From assembly GCA_051251855.1 (NCBI GenBank), contig JBPOGI010000003.1, positions 192,001 through 256,000 on the forward strand: a stretch of 64,000 nt of DNA, given 5' to 3'. Positions 46,878 to 56,633 of the stretch are shown in pieces (position 1 is the first letter of the stretch; each line of letters starts with the position of its first letter). Both the position numbers and the translations under genes were made by a program. Under the pieces are notes generated by a model, which was given only the letters and a program-made list of their open reading frames with translations, had not been told where the DNA came from and did no database searches. Source of the DNA: Roseibacillus sp. (GTDB taxonomy: Bacteria; Verrucomicrobiota; Verrucomicrobiia; Verrucomicrobiales; Akkermansiaceae).

Positions 46878-49061
46878 ATGAGCGAAGACAAGACTTGCAA
46901 GCGGTGTGGAACAGTCGTCGGTGGTGAAACGGTGGGTGGGATGTGTCCCCGCTGTCTGATGGCGCTGAACTTTGACACCCGCACCATGCCGGAGGGCGAG
47001 GAAGCCCCTGCCAGTTTGCCTCCTCTTTCGCCGGAGGAGATGGCGGAGAGCTTTCCGCAATTCGAGATTTTGGAGTGTCTGGGACGAGGAGGGATGGGAG
47101 TGGTCTATCGAGCGCGTCAAAAGACCCTCGATCGAATGGTGGCGATTAAGGTTTTGGCAGGGGAGTGGCAAGGAGATGCGGATTTTGCCGAACGCTTTGA
47201 GCGCGAAGCGAAGACTTTAGCGCAGATGAGCCATCCCAATATTGTCACGGTGCATGATTTTGGGGAGACGAACGGGCTCTACTTCATTGTGATGGAATAT
47301 GTCGACGGGGTGAATCTTCGGGACTTGCTGAGAGAGGGGAAGATGGAGTCCGGGCAAGCGTTGGCGATTGTTCCCTCAATCTGTGAAGCCTTGGAATATG
47401 CTCACGGGAAAGGAATCGTTCATCGGGATATCAAGCCGGAGAATCTTTTGTTGGATCGGGAGGGAAGAGTGAAGATTGCCGACTTCGGAATTGCGTCCTT
47501 GATTGGTTCGGGAGCCGAGCTTGCGGGAACGCCTCCCTATATGTCGCCCGAACAAGTTGGGGGAGGGGTCACCGACGAGCGGGTGGATGTCTATGCCTTG
47601 GGAGTGGTGCTTTATGAAATGTTGACGGGTGAGCGGCCGGGGCAAAAGTTGGTCGCTCCCTCTCGAAAGGTCGAAGTAGATGTTAGAATCGACGAAATGG
47701 TTCTACGTGCATTGGAAGCGGAACCCGAGAAGCGCTATCAGACGGTGGGCGAGTTGAGAACGGTGGTCGAAACGATTTCCGAGAAGGCGAGGACGTCGCC
47801 TGAGCAGGATCAGGAGCAAGTCGGTTTCTTTCATTCGAAGGTTGCCCGGAGGATGCTGGTGGTGGGATTGGTTCTGGGGTGTGTGGGTTTCTTGGGCTTC
47901 TTAGGGGTGATCGAGGAACTTCATAGGAGTCGCCTTTTCTTTGGCTTCTTTGGCTTCTTTGGTTTGGTGGCTCTTGCGTTTCCTGTGGAGTGGTTTCATC
48001 GCATGGCAGAAAAGAAGACCCTCTCTACAGGGTGTCTCTGGGGGGTGGGATTGGGTTTGATATTTGGCGTATTGGGAGTGATTTCAATTCTCCTCGTAGT
48101 CGCTTTCTATCAATTGAGCCAAGCGCGAGAGCCTTATGAAGTAGATGCGAAGGGCGAACTCTATCAGGAAACGCATCAGAAGTTAGCCTTTGAAGTCATG
48201 AGCGCATTCAAGAGGCAGGACGCTGAAAGATTGAAAGAGATTATTGCTCATTCGGGAGAAGAGAAGGTGTTAGAGCTGACCTCGGAGCAAATTGAAGAAG
48301 GTTTTTCTGAGATTGGGGAGGTTTATCAGCGGGACCCTTCCCGGCTGATGTCGTTTGTCGATTGGTATCGGGAAGGGGACTATGCCATCACGAGGGTAGA
48401 GGAGCCTAAGGGAGAAAAAAATGGCCGTACTCTTTGCTTAATCTTTCGGGAAAAATCGCCGAACAATTGGGCTCTTCTCATGATAGATGATTTTAGGCAG
48501 GAACGCTCTACTTTGCAGAGCATGCTACAGGACTATCTCGAAGGAAAGAGGGGGGCAGCGAGAAACGCACAGGACCAAGTGTCGGAAGTGATTAATACTT
48601 CTCAGCTAAGCGATCAGGAGACCGCGCCGCAGAGTGAGGAGATTCTTTCTGGATTGTCGGGGGAGACTGAAAAGGTGACGCTGAAGGAAAATCTTCCCGA
48701 GTTGGCTCGGGATATTATGGATGCTGTTCGGCGTGAAGACTACGCCGCCTTGGATTCCTTCGCTTTTTTGCCGGGCAATCCGAAGAGTATCTTGGTGAAA
48801 CAAGCAGCGGCTCAATTCAACCAAGCGTATCAAAAGGATCCCAGTCGTCTCACGACCTTTGAGGAGTGGTATCGCATCGGTGGCTACGCTCTCGTCAGAG
48901 TGGCAACACCCGCCGATACCGAAAAGAAAGAGGCAGTTTATTTAATTTTGGGGCTGAAGCTGGGTCATTCTTGGAAGCTCCTTCATATGGGAAAGATCGG
49001 GCCGGAGGATTCACTGAAGGAGAAGTTCGAAAATTACAGCAAGACGCACTCCGAGGAGTAG
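46878..49061 (+). CDS. Membrane Ser/Thr protein kinase with N-terminal Zn ribbon and duplicated C-terminal domain
   Basis: CxxC..CPRC, GRGGMGVVY, HRDIKPEN, DFG, GTPPYMSPE, hydrophobic segments. Confidence 0.92.
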   Translation: MSEDKTCKRCGTVVGGETVGGMCPRCLMALNFDTRTMPEGEEAPASLPPLSPEEMAESFPQFEILECLGRGGMGVVYRARQKTLDRMVAIKVLAGEWQGDADFAERFEREAKTLAQMSHPNIVTVHDFGETNGLYFIVMEYVDGVNLRDLLREGKMESGQALAIVPSICEALEYAHGKGIVHRDIKPENLLLDREGRVKIADFGIASLIGSGAELAGTPPYMSPEQVGGGVTDERVDVYALGVVLYEMLTGERPGQKLVAPSRKVEVDVRIDEMVLRALEAEPEKRYQTVGELRTVVETISEKARTSPEQDQEQVGFFHSKVARRMLVVGLVLGCVGFLGFLGVIEELHRSRLFFGFFGFFGLVALAFPVEWFHRMAEKKTLSTGCLWGVGLGLIFGVLGVISILLVVAFYQLSQAREPYEVDAKGELYQETHQKLAFEVMSAFKRQDAERLKEIIAHSGEEKVLELTSEQIEEGFSEIGEVYQRDPSRLMSFVDWYREGDYAITRVEEPKGEKNGRTLCLIFREKSPNNWALLMIDDFRQERSTLQSMLQDYLEGKRGAARNAQDQVSEVINTSQLSDQETAPQSEEILSGLSGETEKVTLKENLPELARDIMDAVRREDYAALDSFAFLPGNPKSILVKQAAAQFNQAYQKDPSRLTTFEEWYRIGGYALVRVATPADTEKKEAVYLILGLKLGHSWKLLHMGKIGPEDSLKEKFENYSKTHSEE

Positions 49062-49080
49062 TCGGGCCCATTGAAATCCC

Positions 49081-51135
49081 CTATTTTTTGAGAAGTCGAA
49101 TGGCGTCTACCACGACGTGGCCGTTGGTGTCTTTGTTAGAGATGGTGACGGTGCCTGATTTCTTGAAGGAGAAGGTGCCGAGTTTGGTGAAGAGGCCTTC
49201 GATTTCGGCGGGTTCCTTTTGATTAAGGGTGAGGTGGGTTTCACCCTTGGCGTGTTGAATGGTCACGGGGACGTTGCTGGCGCGGTTGCTGGCTGAGGGG
49301 TAGCTGACGAGGACTTCGTATTTTCCGGCGGATGGAATTTTGAGGGTGTAGGTGGCCTTGCTTTTGCCATCGCGAGCACCGTTGTCGTGGAGGTAGCTCT
49401 CTCCGACCTTGGTTTTGACGCTGGAGCTGGAGAGCCAAGTGCCGGTGAGTTCAGCTTTGTCTTCATCGAAGGTGAGTTCCTCGTCGGAGCCCTTTTTCCC
49501 GAGACGTTGCTGGTCGGCGAGGAGGCGGGGTTGGAGGTCCCGCTTGTAGTTCACTTCTTGCACGGGGATGTCTAGGTCTATGGCGAAAGAGGCCGCGGTG
49601 CCGGCGCTTTGACCGAGAATCATGAAGGTGGGTTCCATGCGGAGGGATCCGAAGGCGATGTGGGAGGAGGAGATGGCTCCGGGGACGAGGAGGTTGCTGC
49701 ACTCTTCTTTTTTGGGAAGAATGGCGCCGAAGGAAATGGGATAAGACGTTCGGATGTGGGCTCCGACGTTGCCTTCGTTTTCGATGAAGCCTTCGGGGGT
49801 CACGTAGCGCTGCACGTTGTGTGAATCCATGGTGTAGACGCCTTGGCCGATGCTGTCGTTGACGTCGGTCTTTCCGTAGACGTCATGCTCGGTGACGACG
49901 TATTGGCCAATCATGCGGCGTGCTTCGCGGATATAGAGTTGGTGCGACCAGTTGCCGTTGTCGACGAATTCGTCTTTGGGGAGTCCCCATTGGCGGAGTT
50001 CGTTTTGAAGGTCTTTGGGGACGCGAGGGTCGTTGGCGACGAAATACATGAGGCCCTTCTGGTAGTCTTCGTGCTCTTTGATAATTTCGCGGCGGCGCTC
50101 GTAACTGGCTTCGGGGTAGTCGTAGTTCATCCCGATATTGTCGGTGCTGAAAGGGCCGTGGTTATTTTGGTCCGTCTTTTTGTTCGGAGCAGGGTCGAAC
50201 TTGCCAAAGAACTCAGGCCAGCCGGCTTGCAGGACACGGAGGAGGATTTCGTATTGAGTGGGGTCGTAATTGTCGGGCTTGGGGAAGGGGATGCGGTTGT
50301 CGGGGTCGTTGGTGAGGCAAGCGCGGAAGCAATAAGCTTGGATTCGATGGTCTCCGGTGCCGTCCTCGGCTGGGGTCTCGCCGTGGACGCGGGGGAGGAG
50401 TCCGCTTTCGGGGTCGCCGGGGACTTTGTAGGGAGAGATTTTGAGGCCGGTGATGTCGAAGTGGTGGGGGTGATCACGGCGGTCTTTTTGGACTCCGTTG
50501 ATGGTCTCGTTGTAGGTGCTATTGGCTTCGCGTCCGACGTGGTAGCTCACTCCGGCAGCAGCCATGAGGTCGCCTTCGTAGGTGGCATCGATGAAGACTT
50601 CACCTTGGAATCTTTGTCCGTCGAGGGTGGTGAGGGAAAGGATGCGGGTTCCGTCCTTTTCGACGCCGTTTGCGCGGTCGAGCCAGGCGTCACGAACGAC
50701 GGTGATTTTGTTTTCGGTGACGTATTGGTCGAAGATTTTTTCGGCGACGTGGGGTTCAAAAATCCACATGGCATCATCCTTGGCCCGGTTGCGGCTTTGG
50801 CTTTTAGGGGTGGCACGAAATTCCTCCTGAGTCTGTTGGCGCCATGCTTCGGGGTTGTCGTAGTAGGCTTTGATGCGCTGATAGAATTGGCGTGAGAGTC
50901 CGCCGATGCCGCCGGCATGACCGTTGTCGGTCCAGCCGAGGCCGCCGCTGCTGAGCCCACCGAGGTGCTTGTCGGGGCTGACCATGATCACGCTCTTGCC
51001 CATTTGGCTGGCCTGAACCCCGGCCATGACGGCGGTGGAGGTGCCGCCGTAGATGATGATGTCGGCTTTGTGGTTTTTGGCAGCGAGTGAGGCGGCGAAG
51101 AGAATGAGAGATGAGAAGAAGGCTTTGAAGGGCAT
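49081..51135 (-). CDS. Exported FAD-dependent oxidoreductase with C-terminal golvesin/xanthan-lyase CBM-like domain
   Basis: DIIIYGG, LGGLSSGGLG, IDATYEGDL, YIREARR, SLRMEP; tail VVVDAIRL. Confidence 0.85.
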   Translation of the reverse strand: MPFKAFFSSLILFAASLAAKNHKADIIIYGGTSTAVMAGVQASQMGKSVIMVSPDKHLGGLSSGGLGWTDNGHAGGIGGLSRQFYQRIKAYYDNPEAWRQQTQEEFRATPKSQSRNRAKDDAMWIFEPHVAEKIFDQYVTENKITVVRDAWLDRANGVEKDGTRILSLTTLDGQRFQGEVFIDATYEGDLMAAAGVSYHVGREANSTYNETINGVQKDRRDHPHHFDITGLKISPYKVPGDPESGLLPRVHGETPAEDGTGDHRIQAYCFRACLTNDPDNRIPFPKPDNYDPTQYEILLRVLQAGWPEFFGKFDPAPNKKTDQNNHGPFSTDNIGMNYDYPEASYERRREIIKEHEDYQKGLMYFVANDPRVPKDLQNELRQWGLPKDEFVDNGNWSHQLYIREARRMIGQYVVTEHDVYGKTDVNDSIGQGVYTMDSHNVQRYVTPEGFIENEGNVGAHIRTSYPISFGAILPKKEECSNLLVPGAISSSHIAFGSLRMEPTFMILGQSAGTAASFAIDLDIPVQEVNYKRDLQPRLLADQQRLGKKGSDEELTFDEDKAELTGTWLSSSSVKTKVGESYLHDNGARDGKSKATYTLKIPSAGKYEVLVSYPSASNRASNVPVTIQHAKGETHLTLNQKEPAEIEGLFTKLGTFSFKKSGTVTISNKDTNGHVVVDAIRLLKK

Positions 51136-51274
51136 GTTCGGGAATTTAACGGTTCTTAGGGTCCCTTTTTTACAAGAATCGTATTGATCGAACAGGCGAA
51201 AGCCTGCGGCTTCCCATTGATGGGATTCTTTTCTTTGGACGAGGGGAGGATTCCGCGATTTAGTGGGGGTATCT

Positions 51275-53068
51275 ATGAAAATTTCTTCTTCTCTCGGTTT
51301 GCTGGCTTCAGCAGTTTTTGGTTTGAGTATGCTGGGGGCATCGGAAACTGAGGTTCCGATTCCGGTCTACGATCTGACGGGAATGATTTCGGAAAGTGGA
51401 ATGACGGAGACGAGTTTGTTGAACTTCGATCCGAATCCACAGCGTCCGTTGACTCACTTTGATGTCGTGACCTCGTTGCAGCGTGCGGCGGAGACGGAGG
51501 AGATTCAGGCTATTGTGGTGGAGGTGGATCAGGCGGGGTTTTCACTGGCGCAACTACAGGAGGTGAAGCGATGTTTGGAAGAGGTGAAGAATGCGGGGAA
51601 AGAGGTGTGGCTGTATGCGGACGGGCTCAATATGAAGACGGCGCTGTTAGGTTCGGCTGCAAGCCAGTTTGTGCTGAATCCGGAAGGTGATGTTTCGATG
51701 AGCGGATTGCATACGGAGAATATGTATTTCAAGGGCCTGCTGGATAAGGTGGGAGTGCAGGTGGACGTGGTGCACATTGGTGACTTCAAGTCGGCGGGGG
51801 AGAATTTCTATCGCACGGAGCCTTCGGCGGCGGCCTTGAAGCAGAGTGAAATTTTAATGGATTCGTTGTTCCACACCATTGTGACGGAGATTGCGACGGG
51901 GAGAGGAATCACGCGCGATTCTCTTTCGACGTTCATTGATCGTGGAGTGGTGAATGCACGGGCTGCGAAGAAATTGGGTCTCGTGGACCGGTTGCAGTAT
52001 CGCACGGATTTGGTGAACGAGTTGCAAGAGAAGTTTGGCGAGGAGGCTGTTTTTGAGCGCGATTATGTGCGCAATGGGGCGAAGGAACCGGAGATTAAGG
52101 GGTTCTTTGATTTGATGAAGCTGATGTTTTCTTCGGGTAAGAATCAGTCGCCGAAGGAAGAGTATGTGGCAGTGGTGGTGTTCGAGGGCGGAATTGATTT
52201 TGGAAGTATTGTTCCGGCTCGCGACGAGGTACTGCGTTTGGTGGATGATGAGATGTGCCAAGCACTGGTGTTACGGGTGAACTCGCCGGGTGGGTCGGCT
52301 TTGGCTTCGGAGATTCTGTGGGAGGCGCTCGATGAGTTTTCGGAGACGGAACGGCCTTTGGTGGTGTCGATGGGAGCGGTGGCGGCGAGTGGGGGCTACT
52401 ATATTTCTAGTGGGGCGGAGGTGATTTTTGCGGAGCCTGCAACGATTACTGGAAGTATTGGAGTGGTGGGGATGAAGTTTGCGATGGGGGACGTGATGGA
52501 GAAGGTTGGCATCACGACTCACGAGATGAAGAAGGGGAAGCATGCGGACCTCTATAATAGCACGCGTCCCTTTTCGAAGGTGGAGCGTCAGATGGTGCGC
52601 AAGTCGATGCTGGGGGTTTATGGAACCTTTAAGAAGCGCATTGTTGATGGTCGGGGCGAGCGCTTGAGTGAGAACTTAGAGAAGTTGGCTGGAGGGCGAG
52701 TTTACTCGGGGCGCGATGCGCTGAGGGTGGGGTTGGTTGATGAGATGGGCGGATTGACAGATGCGATTGCGAAGGCTGCGGAGTTGGCAGAGTTAGACGA
52801 AGCGAATCCGATGATGTTCCCTGAGCCGAAGAGTGCTTTCGACTCCTTGTTTCAGCAGGAGAGTGGGCCGACGAATGACCACTTTATTTCTATGGAAGCG
52901 GCAGAGAAACCGAAGGGTTTGTTAGATTTGTGGATGGCTGAGGTGCCGGTTCTTGGCTTGTTGCCGAGGGATAAACGTATGGCGGTGAAGGGGAGTTTGA
53001 GGCAGTTGGAAGCGATGCAAGAGGATCGGATTCAGCTGATTGCTCCGCCGTTGCCGTTGGTGAAATAA
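51275..53068 (+). CDS. sppA: Signal peptide peptidase SppA (long form)
   Basis: GDFKSAGE, RVNSPGGSALAS, AASGGYY, TGSIGV, GGRVYSG. Confidence 0.92.
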   Translation: MKISSSLGLLASAVFGLSMLGASETEVPIPVYDLTGMISESGMTETSLLNFDPNPQRPLTHFDVVTSLQRAAETEEIQAIVVEVDQAGFSLAQLQEVKRCLEEVKNAGKEVWLYADGLNMKTALLGSAASQFVLNPEGDVSMSGLHTENMYFKGLLDKVGVQVDVVHIGDFKSAGENFYRTEPSAAALKQSEILMDSLFHTIVTEIATGRGITRDSLSTFIDRGVVNARAAKKLGLVDRLQYRTDLVNELQEKFGEEAVFERDYVRNGAKEPEIKGFFDLMKLMFSSGKNQSPKEEYVAVVVFEGGIDFGSIVPARDEVLRLVDDEMCQALVLRVNSPGGSALASEILWEALDEFSETERPLVVSMGAVAASGGYYISSGAEVIFAEPATITGSIGVVGMKFAMGDVMEKVGITTHEMKKGKHADLYNSTRPFSKVERQMVRKSMLGVYGTFKKRIVDGRGERLSENLEKLAGGRVYSGRDALRVGLVDEMGGLTDAIAKAAELAELDEANPMMFPEPKSAFDSLFQQESGPTNDHFISMEAAEKPKGLLDLWMAEVPVLGLLPRDKRMAVKGSLRQLEAMQEDRIQLIAPPLPLVK

Positions 53069-53137
53069 TGGAGCAAGGACATTCTTGTCCTTGGAGAGTC
53101 AGACCGTTGTTCAGGGACAGGAGTGTCCCTGCTCCAT
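53068..53137. repeat. REP-like inverted pair between convergent sppA and ruvX
   Basis: atggagcaaggacattcttgtccttg ... cagggacaggagtgtccctgctccat. Confidence 0.7.
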
Positions 53138-53139
53138 TG

Positions 53140-53559
53140 CTATTGCCAGCCGAGGTAGTTTTGGAGGATCTCGAGGGCGGCCGCTTGGTCGATGATGTTC
53201 TTTTGGTCCTTGGCCTTTTTGCCGGCGAGACGAAGTTTCTCGGAGGCGTTGATGGTGGTGAAGGATTCGTCGTGGTAGTAAAGAGGGAGGTCGGGAAAGG
53301 TCTTTTGGAGCTCGTCTCCGAAGTGGCGAATTTTTTGGGCGGCGTCGCCTTCGCGGCCGTCGGTTTTGAGAGGAAGACCGAGGAGGAGGGTCTTTATTTT
53401 TCGCTGGGCGATGATTTCGGAAAGACGAATGAGGGGCTCGACTTTGTCGCGATGAATGGTCTCGACGGGATGGGCGGCGATGCCGAAGTCGTCAGTGGCG
53501 GCGAGGCCAATGCGGGCGTCGCCATGGTCGATGGCGAGGATGGGGTGTTGGTGGTCCAT
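53140..53559 (-). CDS. ruvX: RuvX/YqgF nuclease
   Basis: LAIDHGDARIGLA, GLP, DESFTT, IDQAAALEILQ. Confidence 0.92.
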   Translation of the reverse strand: MDHQHPILAIDHGDARIGLAATDDFGIAAHPVETIHRDKVEPLIRLSEIIAQRKIKTLLLGLPLKTDGREGDAAQKIRHFGDELQKTFPDLPLYYHDESFTTINASEKLRLAGKKAKDQKNIIDQAAALEILQNYLGWQ

Positions 53560-53561
53560 GT

Positions 53562-54470
53562 TTAGAGTTCTGCTCCTTCTCCGGGGTCGAGGATGAGGAT
53601 TTGGTCGAGGACGCCGAGGCGGTCGGCTTCTTTGAGCAGCCGCTCTTCGGGTTCGTGGGGTTCTTCGTTGCCGAGAGGGAAGGTGGCGTAGTGCATGGGG
53701 ATGAGCTTTTTGGCGCCGAGGTCGAGATAGGCTTGGAGGGCTTCTTCGGGGTTGAGGTGAACGTCGCGGCCACTAGGGGCTTCGTAGGCTCCGATGGGCA
53801 TGAGGGCGATGTCGATTTCGAAGCGGTTACCGATTTCCTTGAAGCCTTCGAAGTAGGCGCTGTCCCCGGCGTGGTAGACATTGCGGGTGGGAGTTTTGAC
53901 GATGAAGCCGCCGTAGTCACGATGGGTGTCGTGGCCAAAGCGGGCACCCCAGTGGTGAGAAGGGGTGTGGATGACGTCGATACCGTCGAGAATGTGTTCC
54001 TGCCAGACCTCCATTTCTTCGACCCGTTGAAAGCCTAGTTTGCGCACAAGCGAGCCGGAACCTTTGGGGACCATGATGCCTTGCTTGCTCTGGATGCTGC
54101 GCAGGGCGGCCTTATGCATGTGGTCGAAGTGTGCGTGTGAAACACAGACGAGATCGACTTCGGGGAGAGAGTCGAGGTGGAGGCCAGGTTGACGCTGCCG
54201 TTTGACGGGACCCATCCAAGTGGCCCAATTGGGGTCGAAGATGACTGAGTGATTCTGAAACTGAACGAGGAAGGAGGCGTGGCCAATCCAAGTGATACGA
54301 ACTTTATCTCCTTCAGGTGGTTCAGAATTGGCGTGAAGGGTTTCGCCTACTGGGTGGCGAAACATCTGGGGGATGATGCGATGTCTCCAGAAGCGATAAG
54401 AACGTTCGGTCCAGCCCTTTTTGGGAAAGAGGCCGGAGTATGAACCGGAGGATTTACCTTGTTCGGACAC
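53562..54470 (-). CDS. MBL-fold metallo-hydrolase (NAPE-PLD/RomA-like)
   Basis: TWIGHAS, SHAHFDH, AGDSAY, PIGAY, IPMHY. Confidence 0.88.
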   Translation of the reverse strand: MSEQGKSSGSYSGLFPKKGWTERSYRFWRHRIIPQMFRHPVGETLHANSEPPEGDKVRITWIGHASFLVQFQNHSVIFDPNWATWMGPVKRQRQPGLHLDSLPEVDLVCVSHAHFDHMHKAALRSIQSKQGIMVPKGSGSLVRKLGFQRVEEMEVWQEHILDGIDVIHTPSHHWGARFGHDTHRDYGGFIVKTPTRNVYHAGDSAYFEGFKEIGNRFEIDIALMPIGAYEAPSGRDVHLNPEEALQAYLDLGAKKLIPMHYATFPLGNEEPHEPEERLLKEADRLGVLDQILILDPGEGAEL

Positions 54471-54490
54471 GGTGATTTTTTGGTGCAGGA

Positions 54491-55270
54491 CTAGCTGAGT
54501 GCTTTTGCGATTTCCTTGCGGAAGCTTTGGGCGGCCGCAGTAGGTTCTTGGCCATTACTGGGATAGATGATGCCGCGAGAGACGTTGACGAGGTTGGGTG
54601 CTTGGCGGTTGCTAGAGGCGAGGCTGGAGAGGTCGCCGCCTTGGGCTCCGAGCCCGGGGATGAGAAGGGGGATGTCGGGGATGCGGGTGAGGACGTCGGG
54701 TCCAGCATTGGTGAGGCCGAGGACGAGTCCGACGGAGGAGTTGCGGTTCTGCGAGGCGGCTCTTTCGGCGAAGCCGGCGACACGCTGGTAGAGTGGCTGG
54801 TCGTCGACCGTGAGACGCTGGAAGTCGGCGCTGCCGCTGTTCGAGGTGAGGGCGAGGAGGTAGAGGCCTTTACCGCCGGGGTAGTCGAGGAAGGGCTCGA
54901 TGGAGTCGTAACCCATGAAGGGATTGAGGGTGACGGCGTCGGCGCGGAGGTGTTCGAAGCAGGCGATGGCATAGCGACGTTGGGTCTCACCGATGTCGGA
55001 GCGTTTGACATCGAGAACGATGGGAATTTCGCTGGGGATGCGGGCGACGGTGCGTTCGAGAAGGGCGAAGCCTTCGCTGCCGAGGCTTTCGAAGTAGGCG
55101 CTGTTGGGCTTGAAGGCGGCGGCGTGAGGGGCGGTGTCTTCGATGAGGCGAATGAGGTAGTCTTCGACTTCAGAGATGCGGTTGTGGTGGTTTTCGACGC
55201 GGGGGTCGAGGCCGATGCAGAGGTTGCCAACGGTGGAAGTGCGGGCGGTGAGTTTTTCGAGAAAGGTCAC
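54491..55270 (-). CDS. pyrF: Orotidine-5'-phosphate decarboxylase
   Basis: LCIGLDP, FKPNSAYFE, LDVKRSDIG, PGLGAQGG, NVSRGI. Confidence 0.93.
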   Translation of the reverse strand: MTFLEKLTARTSTVGNLCIGLDPRVENHHNRISEVEDYLIRLIEDTAPHAAAFKPNSAYFESLGSEGFALLERTVARIPSEIPIVLDVKRSDIGETQRRYAIACFEHLRADAVTLNPFMGYDSIEPFLDYPGGKGLYLLALTSNSGSADFQRLTVDDQPLYQRVAGFAERAASQNRNSSVGLVLGLTNAGPDVLTRIPDIPLLIPGLGAQGGDLSSLASSNRQAPNLVNVSRGIIYPSNGQEPTAAAQSFRKEIAKALS

Positions 55271-55328
55271 GGCTGGTTTTTAGCGAGGTGAGGGCTGAAT
55301 ACCACGACGAATTCAACCAGCATTTGTT

Positions 55329-55796
55329 TTACCTCGGGAGAGAGAGTTTTGATTTCCCAAAGATGTTGCTTTGGCTTCTTCGATTCGCTTTCCAAAAGAG
55401 AATCCCTGTCAGGACAAAAAGAGCGAGGTTCATGCCGATGTGGAGGGGAAAGTTGGTGGGCTCGTCGGAGGAGCCGAAGCAGCCGCAATTGATATTGAGT
55501 CCTTTGGCGGCGGCGATGGAGAGGGCGGTGATGAAGGTGAGGAGCATTCCGGCAATCAGGAGGAGACTTCCGCGGAGGGCCCAGCGGCCGATGATGACGG
55601 CGAGGCCGGCGATGACTTCGAGCCAAGCGACAAAGTAGGCGGCATAGCCGTCATAGGGAGGAAAGAGGATTTGGTAGTTGAAGATGTCTTCCGTGAAGGC
55701 GTTGAGGTCGCGCAGCTTGATGATGCCGACGATCAAGAAGAAGAGCCCAAGTGCGATACGCAGGAGTTGGAGGGCAAGAATCTTTCCCGAAGGCAT
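55329..55796 (-). CDS. MauE/DoxX family membrane protein
   Basis: Four hydrophobic segments, GLNINCGCFG. Confidence 0.85.
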   Translation of the reverse strand: MPSGKILALQLLRIALGLFFLIVGIIKLRDLNAFTEDIFNYQILFPPYDGYAAYFVAWLEVIAGLAVIIGRWALRGSLLLIAGMLLTFITALSIAAAKGLNINCGCFGSSDEPTNFPLHIGMNLALFVLTGILFWKANRRSQSNIFGKSKLSLPR

Positions 55797-55906
55797 GGCG
55801 GTAAGCTAGCAAAGACGGGGAAGAGGCGCAAATGAGGAACCCGATTTTGGAAAAAGAAGAAAAAACGGCTTTCAGGAACGAGGGTTTGCGATTACGGGTG
55901 TTCTTG

Positions 55907-55994
55907 CCAGGGGCCGCGGAGTATGGACTGGTGAACCCGGTCAGGACGGAAACGTAGCAGCCGTAGCTTGTTCCTTATTGCCGTGGTCCCCTGG
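55907..55994 (+). ncRNA. ffs: Small signal recognition particle RNA (4.5S)
   Basis: ggtcaggacggaaacgtagcagcc domain IV motif; terminal pairing ccaggggccgcgg/ccgtggtcccctgg followed by T-run. Confidence 0.88.
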
Positions 55995-56081
55995 TTTTTT
56001 TCTTTTTTAAAGGGCTGTGAATAGGTCTCTACGGTGAGAAAACTGTCACAATCGCCGCGTTTTGTGCGAATGATAGCAGAG

Positions 56082-56522
56082 ATGAAAGTGTTTCTGCTCT
56101 TTGTGTTGATGGTGACTACTCCGATATCTTTTGCGGAGGGGGTGGCGTCTATGACCATGGTGACAGCGGAGAATGGAAAGCGCTTGGATTACCATGGTTT
56201 GGCCGTGATTTGTAAATCCAGTAACGGAAAGACCTTTGTTGATCTGGTTTTTCGACCCCAAAAGGAGACCCCTTTTACCGGCTGTAGTCTTGCGATTTAC
56301 TCCGAAGATGGAGAAAGAACCTTACTGCGGATTGAGCCGGTGATTCGCAGGGCTTCGAGAATCAAGGGGCTGCCGGAGGGTTCGCGAGTCTCTTTTCATG
56401 TGGCAGATGAGTTGGTCGATCAAGTGGAGATGAGGTATCACCTGCATGCGAACGATTTCCAAAGCCATGTTTTCACGATCAAGAAAGGTGAATTAGGAAA
56501 GTTGGCAAAGCTTCCGCAATAG
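56082..56522 (+). CDS. Exported hypothetical protein
   Basis: Signal peptide MKVFLLFVLMVTTPISFA. Confidence 0.6.
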   Translation: MKVFLLFVLMVTTPISFAEGVASMTMVTAENGKRLDYHGLAVICKSSNGKTFVDLVFRPQKETPFTGCSLAIYSEDGERTLLRIEPVIRRASRIKGLPEGSRVSFHVADELVDQVEMRYHLHANDFQSHVFTIKKGELGKLAKLPQ

Positions 56523-56633
56523 TGATTTTTGGGCCTGCTTTTCGGTGGAAGATTGAAGCCCCAGATTCTTTAATGCTAAAATTTCAGCAAAAAGAATTTG
56601 ACCTCGGATTGATTTGCTGGTTTTTTAGCACGC

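Noticed and set aside
53068..53565. 165-aa plus-strand ORF after sppA
   Set aside because: Starts in a REP-like repeat and is antisense to ruvX.
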